62,242 nucleotides of DNA from NCBI GenBank assembly GCA_964560775.1, contig CAZLNH010000017.1, positions 1-62,242 on the forward strand, read 5' to 3'. Shown piece by piece: positions 39,258 to 49,507 of the stretch (its first letter is position 1; each line of letters starts with the position of its first letter). The stretch comes from an uncultured Woeseiaceae bacterium. GTDB taxonomy: Bacteria; Pseudomonadota; Gammaproteobacteria; Steroidobacterales; Woeseiaceae. The notes beneath the pieces were generated by a model. The model saw only the letters and a program-made list of their open reading frames with translations, ran no database searches and had not been told where the DNA came from. The translations under genes were made by a program, and so were the position numbers.

Positions 39258-39716
39258 ATGCATATCTGGGTGGATGCCGACGCCTGTCCGGGCGTTATCA
39301 AGGAGATACTGTTTCGTGCCGCGCGACGCACGGGCATGCCGTTGACGCTGGTGGCCAATCATGCGCTGCGCGTGCCGGCGTCGGGTAATATCCGCACCTT
39401 GCAGGTCCCGGCAGGCTTCGATGTCGCGGACAACGAGATTGTCAGGCGGCTTGCGGCCGGCGACCTCGTCATTACCGCGGATATTCCGCTTGCGGCCGAA
39501 GTCATCGAGAAAGGCGCGCACGCCCTGAATCCGCGCGGCGAGCTGTACACGACGGAAAACATCCGCGCGCGACTGAACATGCGGGATTTCATGGATACAC
39601 TGCGTGGCAGTGGCATCGATACCGGCGGACCGCCAGCCATCAGCCAGGGCGACCGCAAATCGTTCGCAGGCCATCTCGACCGTTTTCTCGCGGCGCATCG
39701 CCAGGGACAGGCATGA
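39258..39716 (+). CDS. yaiI: YaiI/YqxD (UPF0178) family protein
   Basis: [36 protein letters not shown]. Confidence 0.9.
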   Translation: MHIWVDADACPGVIKEILFRAARRTGMPLTLVANHALRVPASGNIRTLQVPAGFDVADNEIVRRLAAGDLVITADIPLAAEVIEKGAHALNPRGELYTTENIRARLNMRDFMDTLRGSGIDTGGPPAISQGDRKSFAGHLDRFLAAHRQGQA

Positions 39717-39786
39717 GCCTGGCGCGGGTATCTACTCCGTTTCGGCGAATCGGCGACACGCTGGTGCCGGATCAGGAAGTGTCTTC

Positions 39787-40785
39787 TTGCCAGTAAATCG
39801 TATCGCGGGATGCGCGGCATTCCTGCTATTGGCGGCGGACGGGCTGCAGGCGGATGCCATGAGCTCGGGCGCACTTGGTGATACGGACCTTAACCCGCTG
39901 ACGGTTGTGTTCGGTTTCCCGGACAGCACTGAAGGCGCGACGCTCCGTCCCGACGGACAGCAAGGACTGTCACTGACGCTGGCAAGCGCGAGTCACAACA
40001 TTGAGACCATAGAGGTCAACGAGCGCCTTGCATTCGATGGAGAAACGAGCCGCCTGGCGATGGCCTGGCGATACGGCGTCAGTGACCGGCTGGAACTCGG
40101 CGGCGAAGTCTCGTACCTGTGGCACCATTCCGGGAATCTCGATTCGCTAATTGACGGCTGGCACGAATTTTTCGGATTGCCCGATGGCCCGCGCGACCGG
40201 CGCGAGCAGGATCAGCTCGATTTTTCCTACCTCGACAATCAGGGGAGTAGTGTCAATCTGCAACGCAATACGCACGGACCCGGCGACGTACGCCTTATCG
40301 CCGGCTGGCAATTGCCTGGCAGTCCGGATCACCGCCGGGCCTTGCGATTCAGCGTCAAGCTGCCGACCGGCGACAGCGGCGGCATGCTGGGCAGCGGCGG
40401 CGCGGATTTCAGCCTGGGGCTGGCAGGCGAGGTAGCACCAATCCGGAATTCGTCGCGCTGGAGCGGACACTATCGCGCTGACGTTACCCGGATTGGCCGT
40501 CCCGAATTTTTGACCGGGCGGTTCAACTCCGTCGTCGGGCAGCTGGCGGGTGGCTTGTCGTATAGAGCAGGCTACGTAGACCTGAAGGTGCAAGGCAGGG
40601 TACGCAGTGCGCTCTACGAGTCGGCGATCAGAAACCTCGGTGGCGTGTCGGTTCATCTTATGTTCGGTGCCGAGTTCCGAATGCCGCGCGGTTATGCGCT
40701 GGTGCTGTCGGTCGGTGAGGATGTACGGCCGGATACAGCGCCGGACGTTACGTTTCAAGTCGCTTTGCGCTATGTTGGCAGGTAG
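39787..40785 (+). CDS. DUF3187-like outer-membrane protein
   Basis: DGET-RL, G-LDSLIDGWHEFFGLP, KLPTGD...GSG, APDVTF; start uncertain. Confidence 0.75.
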   Translation: MPVNRIAGCAAFLLLAADGLQADAMSSGALGDTDLNPLTVVFGFPDSTEGATLRPDGQQGLSLTLASASHNIETIEVNERLAFDGETSRLAMAWRYGVSDRLELGGEVSYLWHHSGNLDSLIDGWHEFFGLPDGPRDRREQDQLDFSYLDNQGSSVNLQRNTHGPGDVRLIAGWQLPGSPDHRRALRFSVKLPTGDSGGMLGSGGADFSLGLAGEVAPIRNSSRWSGHYRADVTRIGRPEFLTGRFNSVVGQLAGGLSYRAGYVDLKVQGRVRSALYESAIRNLGGVSVHLMFGAEFRMPRGYALVLSVGEDVRPDTAPDVTFQVALRYVGR

Positions 40786-40847
40786 TACCAGCCGGGCGGC
40801 ATCGGCCCGGACTTCATGGTGACAGCGGCTGTCTGGGAGACACGGGT

Positions 40848-41108
40848 ATGCGGTATTCAGGTTTCATCAGCGTCACACTGGCGCTCACTGGAAGTCTCAT
40901 CTTAGGCGGCTGTGCGACAGGAACCAGCAAAGCAGCGGCGACCCAGGCGAACATGCGATGCCCGGTCGGCCAGACCATGACGTGTGAAGCGAACAAGATC
41001 GGACGAATCCACCACGGCACATTCCGGAAAAACTACGAAAAGTGCGCCTGTGTGCCCGACACGACGCGCACCCTGGACTCGCCGGTAATCCCTGTGATTC
41101 GACAGTAG
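40848..41108 (+). CDS. Small Cys-containing lipoprotein
   Basis: Lipobox LGGC; four further Cys. Confidence 0.65.
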   Translation: MRYSGFISVTLALTGSLILGGCATGTSKAAATQANMRCPVGQTMTCEANKIGRIHHGTFRKNYEKCACVPDTTRTLDSPVIPVIRQ

Positions 41109-41300
41109 CCGCCTGCTCAGCCCGCGGGTCGCCTGGATCCGAGGCTGGATCAACGCACAGCCGGTGTAACCAGTAATCCCTTATCGTTAATGTGCCGTAG
41201 CGTACAGACGATCCTTTCATCGCAAGCGACACTCCCGCGACGGGTAGGTGGCGGAACCTGCCTCGTATGTGTTGTGCGCTTCTGCGCTAAAAGGACTGGA

Positions 41301-42008
41301 GTGTCGGATCAAAAACGCGCGCTGATCGACAACCGGCTGATCGAACGGCTGACCCAGAAAGAGCGCAAGGCTCTGCTGTCCGACTGCGAAACCGTCGAGC
41401 TTTCCTTCGGGCAGATTCTCTGTGAACCCCGAAAGCCTTTGCGTTTCGCCTACTTTCCGCTGACCGGCTTCATTTCGCTAGTCACGACTCTGGGCGAGCA
41501 TCTGCCGATGGAAGTGAGCCTGATCGGCAACGAAGGCATGCTCGGCGCAACGCTGATGCTGGGCGTTGACGAGGCTCCGCTGCAGGCCATCGTGCAAGGC
41601 AAGGGAAGTGCGTTGAAGATAAGCGCATCGCGACTTCGGCGCCGACTGCTGGAAAGCCCGAAGCTGCAAAAGACGCTCAATCGCTACCTGTACGTACTTA
41701 TGGATCAACTCTCGACATCAGCCGCCTGCAACCAATTCCACGAGCTCGACGCGCGCATGGCCCGCTGGCTGCTAATGACCCACGACCGCGCGCACTCCGA
41801 TCATTTCTACCTGACTCACGCGTACCTGGCCAGCATGCTGGGCGTCCGTCGCAGTGGCATTACGGTCGCCGCAGGCGCGTTGCAACGCGACATGATCATC
41901 AGTTACACGCGGGGTGAAATCAGCATCCTCGACAGGAAAGGACTCGAAAACACCTGTTGCGAATGCTACGAGACCACGATCGGAGATTACGGCCGGTTAT
42001 TGTCCTGA
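41301..42008 (+). CDS. Crp/Fnr family transcriptional regulator
   Basis: IGNEGM, ACNQFH...ARWLL, LTHAYLASMLGVRRSGIT, CECY. Confidence 0.92.
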   Translation: MSDQKRALIDNRLIERLTQKERKALLSDCETVELSFGQILCEPRKPLRFAYFPLTGFISLVTTLGEHLPMEVSLIGNEGMLGATLMLGVDEAPLQAIVQGKGSALKISASRLRRRLLESPKLQKTLNRYLYVLMDQLSTSAACNQFHELDARMARWLLMTHDRAHSDHFYLTHAYLASMLGVRRSGITVAAGALQRDMIISYTRGEISILDRKGLENTCCECYETTIGDYGRLLS

Positions 42009-42183
42009 ATCCACACTGATGCGATAACCGGCGCCGTCCCTGTCAGCACGCTCGCAACGATCGCTTCCCCTCATTCGTCTCTAAGTGAGCCACCTAACAG
42101 ACCGCACTGCATCATCGGCCCATAGTTCGCCACCCTGACCGCATTTGCGGTCTCGTAGCACCTAATTCTTCAAGGCGAACAAA

Positions 42184-44136
42184 ATGGGTAGCATGAAAAT
42201 CAGTAAAATTCTTCCGGGTCTGCTCATTGCGTTGGCTGGGCTCGCGGCGTGCAATGACAGCGGCCGTGATCCGATCCTCGGTTTCGGCGGCGCCGATGAG
42301 GCGCCACCCCCGCAGCCACCGCCAACCGTAACCTCGGTTGTGCCGCTGGACCAGTCCACGGGCGTCGCCATCAATACCGCCAATATCACCGCCTCATTCA
42401 GTGAGCCGGTTCAGCCGCTCACTGGAGATGCGAGCTTTACAGTCACTTGTGAAGCACCGTGCGTGGATCTTACGGGCACGGTCACCTTGTCAGGCGATGC
42501 GACGACCGCAAACTTCGCATCCACAACGAATCTCGAGCCGCTCACGACGTACACCGGTACGATCACGGGCGCGACCAGCGTTGCGACCGGCGGCAGTCTT
42601 CAGACTCCCTACGCCTGGGAGTTCAGGACCGGCTCGACACCGGATACAACCCGACCCAGCGTAACGGCGACGGTACCGGTCACCTCGAACCCCGGCCCGA
42701 CCATTGATGTGCCAAGCAATGCCGCCGTCAGCGCGACGTTCAGCGAGAACATGGCGCCATTAACGATCACCGATACACGTTTTACGCTGACCTGCGAGGC
42801 ACCGTGCGTGTCACCGGCGGGCAGCGTGCAATATGCGAGCGCCAGCCAGACGGCGGTCTTTACGCCGGATGCTGTACTGGAAGACAACACCACCTACACG
42901 GCGACCATTACTACCGGTGCAACTGACCTCGCGCTCAACGAGCTCGCAGGCAACCAGGCGGCTTTGCCTGCAGCCAGCGACTACGTGTGGACCTTTACCA
43001 CCTCGACGGCGGCCGCGGCAGCGGAGGTCTCCGTGCTTTCCACGCAGCCTGACAATGGCGCACTGGCTTGTTCCTCCGAGTCCGTCAGCGCCACCTTTAC
43101 GGTGCCTTCGGGCCTGCGCATGGATCCGAATACTGTCAACGCGAATACCTTCTCGGTAAGCGGCGATTCAGGTCCGATACTGGCATCATCCGTCGCGCTA
43201 GATAACGCCACCGGCACCGTGGCGACCTTCACCCCGCTGGAGGAACTCAGTGCGGGCAGCACCTACACCGCTACCGTCACAGGTGGTGAGAACGGAGTCA
43301 AAGACCTCGCGATTCCAGGCAACGAAATGGCTCAGGATGTCGAGTGGACCTTCACTATTGACGACTCGGCCAACTGCCTGCAGGCGATAAACCTGAATTC
43401 GGCAGCGCCCTACGGTGTCTTTGGCGGTTCAGCCGGCATGACCAACATGGGTATCCAGACGGTCGTCGACGGCGACATCGGGACGATTTCGACAGATACC
43501 TCGACGATCACCGGATTCCATGACAGTGACGGCGATGTTTACACCGAGACACCCGACAACATCGGCACAGTTAACGGCCTGATCTACACCTGCACCAATT
43601 CGACGACTGGCCCGACGTCGGCGTCACCCAATGCGGTCTACTGCAACATCGCAACCGAAGCCCGACTTGACGCCGAGGTGGCCTACCTCGAGCTGGCTGG
43701 CCTTCCGGGCGGTCCCGATCCGGGCGCCGGCAACCTCGCGAACCTTGTTCTTGCTCCCGGCGTTTACACAGCCACCGGCGGCTCGTTCATGATCGAGGGC
43801 GGCGACCTGACGCTCGACGCACAGGGCGATGCAAACGCGACGTGGGTGTTCCAGATGGCAACTACCCTGACCGTCGGCGGTCCGGGCGCTGCAGCGCCGC
43901 AAAGCATCGTACTGGTGAATGGCGCGCTCGCTAAAAACGTCTTCTGGCAGGTCGGCAGCGCCGCCACGATCAACGCCGCTGGCGGCGGGACGATGGCAGG
44001 CACCGTCATCGCGCAGGAAGGTGTCTCCTTCTCCACCGCCGGCAACACTGACATCACAACGCTGAATGGCCGGGCGCTGTCCCTGGGTGCATCAGTAACA
44101 CTCGTGGACACTGTCATCAATGTCCCATCTCTGTAG
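42184..44136 (+). CDS. Lipoprotein with three Ig-like (Big_5) domains and a C-terminal DUF3494 ice-binding-like domain
   Basis: Lipobox LAAC; repeated ATFSE/YTATIT; LAPGVY, LTLDAQGDANATWVFQ, NVFWQVGSAAT, LNGRAL. Confidence 0.88.
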   Translation: MGSMKISKILPGLLIALAGLAACNDSGRDPILGFGGADEAPPPQPPPTVTSVVPLDQSTGVAINTANITASFSEPVQPLTGDASFTVTCEAPCVDLTGTVTLSGDATTANFASTTNLEPLTTYTGTITGATSVATGGSLQTPYAWEFRTGSTPDTTRPSVTATVPVTSNPGPTIDVPSNAAVSATFSENMAPLTITDTRFTLTCEAPCVSPAGSVQYASASQTAVFTPDAVLEDNTTYTATITTGATDLALNELAGNQAALPAASDYVWTFTTSTAAAAAEVSVLSTQPDNGALACSSESVSATFTVPSGLRMDPNTVNANTFSVSGDSGPILASSVALDNATGTVATFTPLEELSAGSTYTATVTGGENGVKDLAIPGNEMAQDVEWTFTIDDSANCLQAINLNSAAPYGVFGGSAGMTNMGIQTVVDGDIGTISTDTSTITGFHDSDGDVYTETPDNIGTVNGLIYTCTNSTTGPTSASPNAVYCNIATEARLDAEVAYLELAGLPGGPDPGAGNLANLVLAPGVYTATGGSFMIEGGDLTLDAQGDANATWVFQMATTLTVGGPGAAAPQSIVLVNGALAKNVFWQVGSAATINAAGGGTMAGTVIAQEGVSFSTAGNTDITTLNGRALSLGASVTLVDTVINVPSL

Positions 44137-44154
44137 GCCCTCAAGGTAACAAAC

Positions 44155-45621
44155 ATGAAAACGCACATGAACATTGCACTAAGCACGGCGGGCCTGGGAC
44201 TGGCCGTATTCGCTTGTAGCGTCGCGCTCGCTGAGGATACCGGCTGGTATGCCGGTATCAACGGCGGCATGACCGAGACGACGATTGACGAGGAACGTAT
44301 CAGGAGCAGTTTGCTGACTTCCGGCTTTACCGTCACTGACTTCTCGGACGACGACAGTGACAGCGGGTACAAGCTGTTTGGCGGCTACCAGTTCAACCAG
44401 TACTTCGCCGTCGAGGCTGGTTATTTCGACCTCGGATCTTACGGATTTACGGCTGAAGCTCTGCCGCCGGGTACACTGACCGGCAACATCGAAGTCTCAG
44501 GCTTCAATGTCGATCTGGTCGGCTTGCTGCCCCTGACCGAACGCTTCTCGCTCATTGGACGAGTCGGCGCGAATTACGCCGAGGCTTCCGACAACTTCAG
44601 CAGCACCGGCCTGATCACTGTACCGGACCCGAACCCCACGGCGCGCGACACGAACCTGAAATACGGCGTGGGTGCCCAGTGGGACTTCAGCGACCGGATT
44701 GCGGCGCGCGTCGAAGCAGAGCGTTACCGCCTCGATGACGCAGTCGGAAACAAGGGTGATATTGATCTGTATTCGCTCAACCTGCTGCTGCGGTTTGGCG
44801 AGAATGGCAGGTCCGTGGCAAGTACGGCACCAGCTACGCAGCCAGTAGCGGCGGCACCAGCGGCAGAGCCAGCACTCGTCGTTGTGCCCGCACCGACCGA
44901 GGAATACTGCAGCATCCTGGACATCCAGTTCGAGGTTGGTCAGAACGTCATGCAGCTTGAAGAACAGGAAAGGCTGCGCGTCATCGGCACTTTCCTTGAG
45001 AAGTACCCTGATACAACGGCAGTGATCGAAGGTCACACGGACAATGTCGGCGACCCATCGACCAACATGCGTCTATCCCAGAGCCGCGCGGAAAGTGTCG
45101 TCACGTACCTCAAGGATACCCACGATATCGCCGCCTCGCGTTTGTCCGCCGTTGGTTACGGTGAAACACGTCCTCTGGCAGATAACCGCACGGACGACGG
45201 CAAGCGCATGAACCGCCGCATTGGCGCCGTGGTTGCCTGCGCGACCGACATCGAAGGACTGGAACCGCTGCCGGCACGCATCACAATGGCGCAGCTGATC
45301 GAGTTCGATACGGACAAGGCCACTATCGCACCGCGCTACCACGACCAGTTGAGCAAGGTTGCCGATTATCTCAATGCCAACCCGACTGTCACTGCGGCCG
45401 TGGAAGGTCATGCCGGTAATTCGACACCGTCCATGTCGCTGGAAATCTCCCGGCTCCGGGCCAGCAACGTTGCGGATTACCTCGTTAACGACCTGGACAT
45501 TGCCCGCGCACGTGTAAGCAGCGAAGGATTCGGGGAGACTCGTCGTTTCGCCTACAACACGACGGCCGAAGGCCGGCAGGAAAACCGCAGGGTAAACATT
45601 ATATTGAGTTATCCGAACTGA
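44155..45621 (+). CDS. OmpA-family protein: beta-barrel plus two peptidoglycan-binding domains
   Basis: GYKLFGGYQFN...AVEAGYFDLG; IEGHTD...NRR and VEGHA...NRRV. Confidence 0.9.
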   Translation: MKTHMNIALSTAGLGLAVFACSVALAEDTGWYAGINGGMTETTIDEERIRSSLLTSGFTVTDFSDDDSDSGYKLFGGYQFNQYFAVEAGYFDLGSYGFTAEALPPGTLTGNIEVSGFNVDLVGLLPLTERFSLIGRVGANYAEASDNFSSTGLITVPDPNPTARDTNLKYGVGAQWDFSDRIAARVEAERYRLDDAVGNKGDIDLYSLNLLLRFGENGRSVASTAPATQPVAAAPAAEPALVVVPAPTEEYCSILDIQFEVGQNVMQLEEQERLRVIGTFLEKYPDTTAVIEGHTDNVGDPSTNMRLSQSRAESVVTYLKDTHDIAASRLSAVGYGETRPLADNRTDDGKRMNRRIGAVVACATDIEGLEPLPARITMAQLIEFDTDKATIAPRYHDQLSKVADYLNANPTVTAAVEGHAGNSTPSMSLEISRLRASNVADYLVNDLDIARARVSSEGFGETRRFAYNTTAEGRQENRRVNIILSYPN

Positions 45622-45636
45622 GCTGACGGTAAAGCG

Positions 45637-45671
45637 CCGGCCGCGAATTCCATTCGCGGCCGGTTTTTTTT
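45637..45671 (+). terminator. Rho-independent terminator
   Basis: CCGGCCGCGAAT-TCC-ATTCGCGGCCGG followed by T8. Confidence 0.88.
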
Positions 45672-45827
45672 GCCTGGCCTGAAGATTGCGCCGGCTTTTC
45701 CATGGCCGCTCGGATTGAGTGCAATGTTCGATATTGTACAAACATGGTAAAATACGACTTGGTAGAAAGTGAATTTGGGCCGCTCCGGACCCAAACTGTC
45801 ACCCGGTCACCCGGTATCGAGTCTGTC

Positions 45828-46547
45828 ATGACAGCTGTCCCCGACATGGTTGCAGACAGTCCCAAAGTAAATCGCTTGCTTGCGATGCTCCCGGATAACG
45901 ACTACCAGCGGCTCTTGCCCTCGCTGGAACCGGTTTCCCTGCGCCTTGGCCAGGTCCTGTACGAAGCTGGCGGCGTTCAGGCATACGTCTACTTTCCCGT
46001 GAGCAGCATCATTTCCATGCTGTACGTCATGGAGGACGGGGCTTCAGCTGAGATCGCTGTGACCGGATGCGAAGGGCTGGTCGGCATTTCCCTGTTTATG
46101 GGCGGCGAATCCACACCGAGCCGGGCAGTTGTACAAAGCGCCGGCGATGGCTATCGGATGCGGGCGGCGGCGCTCAGGAACGAATTCGACAGGCGCGGAA
46201 AGCTGCACCATCTCGCCCTTCGTTACACGCAGGCACTCATCACGCAGATGGCGCAGACAGCCGTTTGCAACCGTCACCACTCGGTTGCGCAGCAGCTGTG
46301 CCGCTGGCTGTTGCTCAGCCTCGATCGAATACCGTCAAACGTACTCTCCATGACGCAGGAACTCATCGCAAACATGCTGGGCGTGCGCCGGGAAGGCGTT
46401 ACGGAAGCCGCCGGCCACTTGCAGGAAGCGGGACTGATCGAATACCACCGCGGCCATATTACGGTGCTGGACCGTCCGGGCCTGGAACAGCAGGTGTGTG
46501 AATGCTATGCGGTGGTTAAACGCGAATACGACCGCCTGCTGGGATAA
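45828..46547 (+). CDS. Crp/Fnr family transcriptional regulator (paralogue of 41301)
   Basis: NRLLAML, AVCNRHH...CRWLL, MTQELIANMLGVRREGVTEAA, CECY. Confidence 0.93.
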   Translation: MTAVPDMVADSPKVNRLLAMLPDNDYQRLLPSLEPVSLRLGQVLYEAGGVQAYVYFPVSSIISMLYVMEDGASAEIAVTGCEGLVGISLFMGGESTPSRAVVQSAGDGYRMRAAALRNEFDRRGKLHHLALRYTQALITQMAQTAVCNRHHSVAQQLCRWLLLSLDRIPSNVLSMTQELIANMLGVRREGVTEAAGHLQEAGLIEYHRGHITVLDRPGLEQQVCECYAVVKREYDRLLG

Positions 46548-46617
46548 GAGCAAGGGCCCGCGCCAGGTCCGGCAGATTCCCGCCGGCGCACCTTGCGCAT
46601 TAGCCCGCGACGCTATG

Positions 46618-46631
46618 GTGCGGTAGCGCAC
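46618..46631 (+). promoter_or_regulatory. Palindromic operator GTGCG-N4-CGCAC (exact 14-mer also at 48876 and 48999; variants at 41192, 42085, 45726, 48466)
   Basis: One copy upstream of each transcription unit between 41 and 49 kb. Confidence 0.78.
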
Positions 46632-46695
46632 AGACCCCCGCCGGGGCGAACACTATCGTGACAGTTCACACAATCAATCTTACAGGGATAATTTT

Positions 46696-46962
46696 ATGAA
46701 CCTCATCATATGGCTCGTAGTAGGAGGCCTGATCGGCTGGGTTGCCAGCATGTTCATGGGAACAGATGGAAGTCAGGGCATCGTGCTGAACGTGATCGTT
46801 GGCATAGTGGGCGCTGTATTGGGTGGATGGCTGCTGGGTGGAATGATTGGCGGCGATTCGATCAATCAGGGTGACTTCAGTATCAGCGGCCTGGTCGTTT
46901 CCTTCATTGGTGCCGTAATCCTGTTATTTATCGTCAAGATGGTGCGAGGAGCTGCTCACTGA
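46696..46962 (+). CDS. GlsB/YeaQ/YmgE family stress-response membrane protein
   Basis: WLVVGGLIGWVAS...NVIVGIVGAVLGGWL...SFIGAVILL. Confidence 0.92.
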   Translation: MNLIIWLVVGGLIGWVASMFMGTDGSQGIVLNVIVGIVGAVLGGWLLGGMIGGDSINQGDFSISGLVVSFIGAVILLFIVKMVRGAAH

Positions 46963-47003
46963 AATCTCCCCCACGCGGGGACGTACCGGAATACTCATTC
47001 ACC

Positions 47004-47037
47004 AAAAAAAACCCGCTCGGCATTTGCGGAGCGGGTT
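47004..47037 (-). terminator. Rho-independent terminator between convergent genes
   Basis: A8-CCCGCTC...GAGCGGG-TT hairpin. Confidence 0.8.
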
Positions 47038-47071
47038 AACGGCGCGCGCGGCCTCGACTTTGATCGGGGTG

Positions 47072-47959
47072 TTACCTCGAGGCAGTGGTCGTGTTGGAGA
47101 TGACGACCTCGACGCGGCGATTTTGCTGACGGCCGGTAGCACTATCGTTGCTGGCAACGGGTGAGCCTTCGCCCATACCTGAAGTGGTAATGCGGTCGGA
47201 CCGGATACCCTTGCTCATCAGGTACGCTTTGACCGAGTCGGCACGGCGCTGTGACAGGTTGTAGTTCGATTCGTCGCTGCCGACATTGTCGGTATGGCCC
47301 TCGATCAACACGGTTCTGTCTTCGTATTCGTTGAGAAAGGCAGACAGCTTGTCCAGATTGCCGGCGGCGCCACCCTTCAGGTCGGATCTTCCGGTTTCGA
47401 ACAGCACGTCACCCAGCGTCACGACGAGTCCACGATCGGTTTCGCGAGCGTTCAGTTCCTCGATCTGCCGCTTTAACTCATCCGCCGCCATACTTGCGTC
47501 CTGCGCTTCCTCGCGTGCGGCTTCAGCGTCCCTCCTGGCCTGCTCGGCATCCAGTCGTGCGCTGGCTGCTTCTTCCCGTGCCCGGTCGGCTTCGCGTGTG
47601 CGGGCCGTGAGCCGTGCCTGCTCGGATTGCTGGCTCAATTCCTCACGTTCGTCCTCGTACAGGCGGCTCTGGGCACGCGCCATTGCGATATCGACCTTGT
47701 GGTCGGCGATAAGTACCAGGTGCTGCGCGTACTCAAGATCCTCGCGCGGTACTTCGGCAGCGATGACGGCAGCTTCCGCTGCTTTTATCTCCACCGGAGC
47801 GCGGGTCGCGAGCTGCGGATGGGATTGCAACTGGGTCAGCTTGTTACGGGCGAGGTCGGCTCCTTCAGGAGCCGTCAACGGTGTAGCGCAAGCGCCCAAT
47901 ACCAGGAGTGCAGCGGTAGTCACAATGCCTTTTGCAGAAATTCTTGCGTGGGTATTCAT
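47072..47959 (-). CDS. OmpA-family lipoprotein with DUF4398/coiled-coil N-terminus
   Basis: Lipobox LGAC; TDRGLVVTLGDVLF, IEGHTD, GRQQNRRVE; ATG 47959 overlaps the upstream stop. Confidence 0.9.
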   Translation of the reverse strand: MNTHARISAKGIVTTAALLVLGACATPLTAPEGADLARNKLTQLQSHPQLATRAPVEIKAAEAAVIAAEVPREDLEYAQHLVLIADHKVDIAMARAQSRLYEDEREELSQQSEQARLTARTREADRAREEAASARLDAEQARRDAEAAREEAQDASMAADELKRQIEELNARETDRGLVVTLGDVLFETGRSDLKGGAAGNLDKLSAFLNEYEDRTVLIEGHTDNVGSDESNYNLSQRRADSVKAYLMSKGIRSDRITTSGMGEGSPVASNDSATGRQQNRRVEVVISNTTTASR

Positions 47960-48372
47960 GTTCGTCCTCCTGACGTGCGTTGCATTTCCTGCCTCAACGT
48001 TTCGATACTTTTCTTCATCTCGTCGTTGATCGCCTTGGCCTTGAGCTCTTCGGCGCGCGCTGTCGCAAGGTCGGCATGAACCTGTGCTTCTGCGGCAAGG
48101 TAGCCGGCTTTCACCATGTCTTCGTCGCGTGCGGCGGCCTGGGCGGCGGCCAGCTTTTCGCGAGCCAAACGGAGTTCTGTCGATGCGTAGTCTGCAACCC
48201 GTTCCCGTTCGGCATTGGTAATAGCGGATTCGGCTGCCTGGAGTGCCCGGTTGGGCGGTGTCGGTGCGCTGGCGCATGCTGAAATTGCCAGAATACATGC
48301 TACGACGGCGGCGGCTGGAAAGGGTGATGTGCGCATCCCCCTTTTTCTGTTATTCCCTGATAGCTGGGTCAT
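47956..48372 (-). CDS. DUF4398-domain lipoprotein
   Basis: ISAC lipobox; ELRLAREKLAAA...ADLATARA. Confidence 0.82.
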   Translation of the reverse strand: MTQLSGNNRKRGMRTSPFPAAAVVACILAISACASAPTPPNRALQAAESAITNAERERVADYASTELRLAREKLAAAQAAARDEDMVKAGYLAAEAQVHADLATARAEELKAKAINDEMKKSIETLRQEMQRTSGGRT

Positions 48373-48381
48373 TTTACTCGT

Positions 48382-48411
48382 CCTGATGATATGCAACCTG
48401 ATGATATGCAA
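48382..48411. repeat. 15-bp tandem duplication (CCTGATGATATGCAA x2) in a leader region
   Basis: Exact direct repeat. Confidence 0.8.
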
Positions 48412-48600
48412 CCGCCGGATGGCAGCTGCATGGCAGCAGTATTGCCGCACAAGGCAATTAGTTCTGTGCGCTGGCGTACGTATAGCGGCCTGATTGACCA
48501 ACAGGCTTGTCACGCCGAAGATTCGAGGTGGGCGCAGGGACGGGTCCCCGTAGCGCAAGTCGCGCGGAAGGGGACCCTGCGTGAGTTTGGATGTGGCTCC

Positions 48601-48813
48601 CTAGCAATCGGTGTCGTCAGCGTCCGCGCCTTCCTTTACATCTTCGCAGGCATCCTCGATCGCATTGCCGGCATCGTTCGCGGCATCGCTAACGCTCTCA
48701 CCGGCTTCGTCAATGGACTCGCCGAGATTCTCAGCTTCGCCGTCATCGGTGTCACAGCCCACAGCAGCGAAGGAAGCAACGGTCATGATCAGCAGTAGTT
48801 TTGCAATATTCAT
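48601..48813 (-). CDS. Small acidic lipoprotein (stress-protein-like)
   Basis: AVGC lipobox; AENLGESIDEA...IEDACED. Confidence 0.78.
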   Translation of the reverse strand: MNIAKLLLIMTVASFAAVGCDTDDGEAENLGESIDEAGESVSDAANDAGNAIEDACEDVKEGADADDTDC

Positions 48814-49076
48814 TTACGGCTCTTCCTGGATTCGAATTGAGCGGTGGAGAATGTGCCAATAGCGAGAGAGCGTCGGTGCGGTAGCGCACTTTGCATTTCC
48901 GCCGCCGTACAACGGCGTCAATATTCATCGCGTTCGCATGTGTTGATCGATCATTCCGGGACGACGTGAATCTCTGTGTAATGAGCAAAGGTCACTAAGT
49001 GCGGTAGCGCACCGATGTTCCGCGGCCTCCGGAGTAACTTGTCAATTGCCAAACAGGCACTATCAGGAGCAAGCCA

Positions 49077-49445
49077 ATGAACAAGTTCAATGCCGCGGTG
49101 ATGGCCGTGGTGATCATCGCCATGCTGGGCATGTCACTGCCCGTACACGCTGGCATTGTGGGCACGGAACAAATGGTGACCGAACAAACACGAACTGACG
49201 CGCTTGACAAGATCAACGGCGTACTGGCAAGTGACGCGGTCGCTGCACAGCTCGAGGCCTGGGACGTGCCGGCCGCAGTTGTCGCAGAACGGGTCGCCGC
49301 CTTATCTGACCATGAACTGCAGGAACTGGCTGGGTCGATAGAGACTGATCCGGCGGGCGGTGTTCTTGCTGTCATCGGGGTCGTGTTTGTCGTGCTGGTC
49401 ATTCTTGAGCTCGTCGGCGTGACCAATATTTTCAACAGAACCTGA
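49077..49445 (+). CDS. PA2779-family protein
   Basis: RVAALSD-EL..LA.....PAGG plus C-terminal TM helix ending LVGVTNIF. Confidence 0.85.
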   Translation: MNKFNAAVMAVVIIAMLGMSLPVHAGIVGTEQMVTEQTRTDALDKINGVLASDAVAAQLEAWDVPAAVVAERVAALSDHELQELAGSIETDPAGGVLAVIGVVFVVLVILELVGVTNIFNRT

Positions 49446-49507
49446 CGCGAGTTGACGCGCCGCCGTGGCCGGATGCGGTCGCGGCGGCTGTGTCGTGTGA
49501 AATGTTC

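Noticed and set aside
47960-48558. Long N-terminal extensions of ORFs 47072-48298 and 47956-48558
   Set aside because: They overlap the neighbouring gene or the operator region; lipoprotein signals place the starts at 47959 and 48372.
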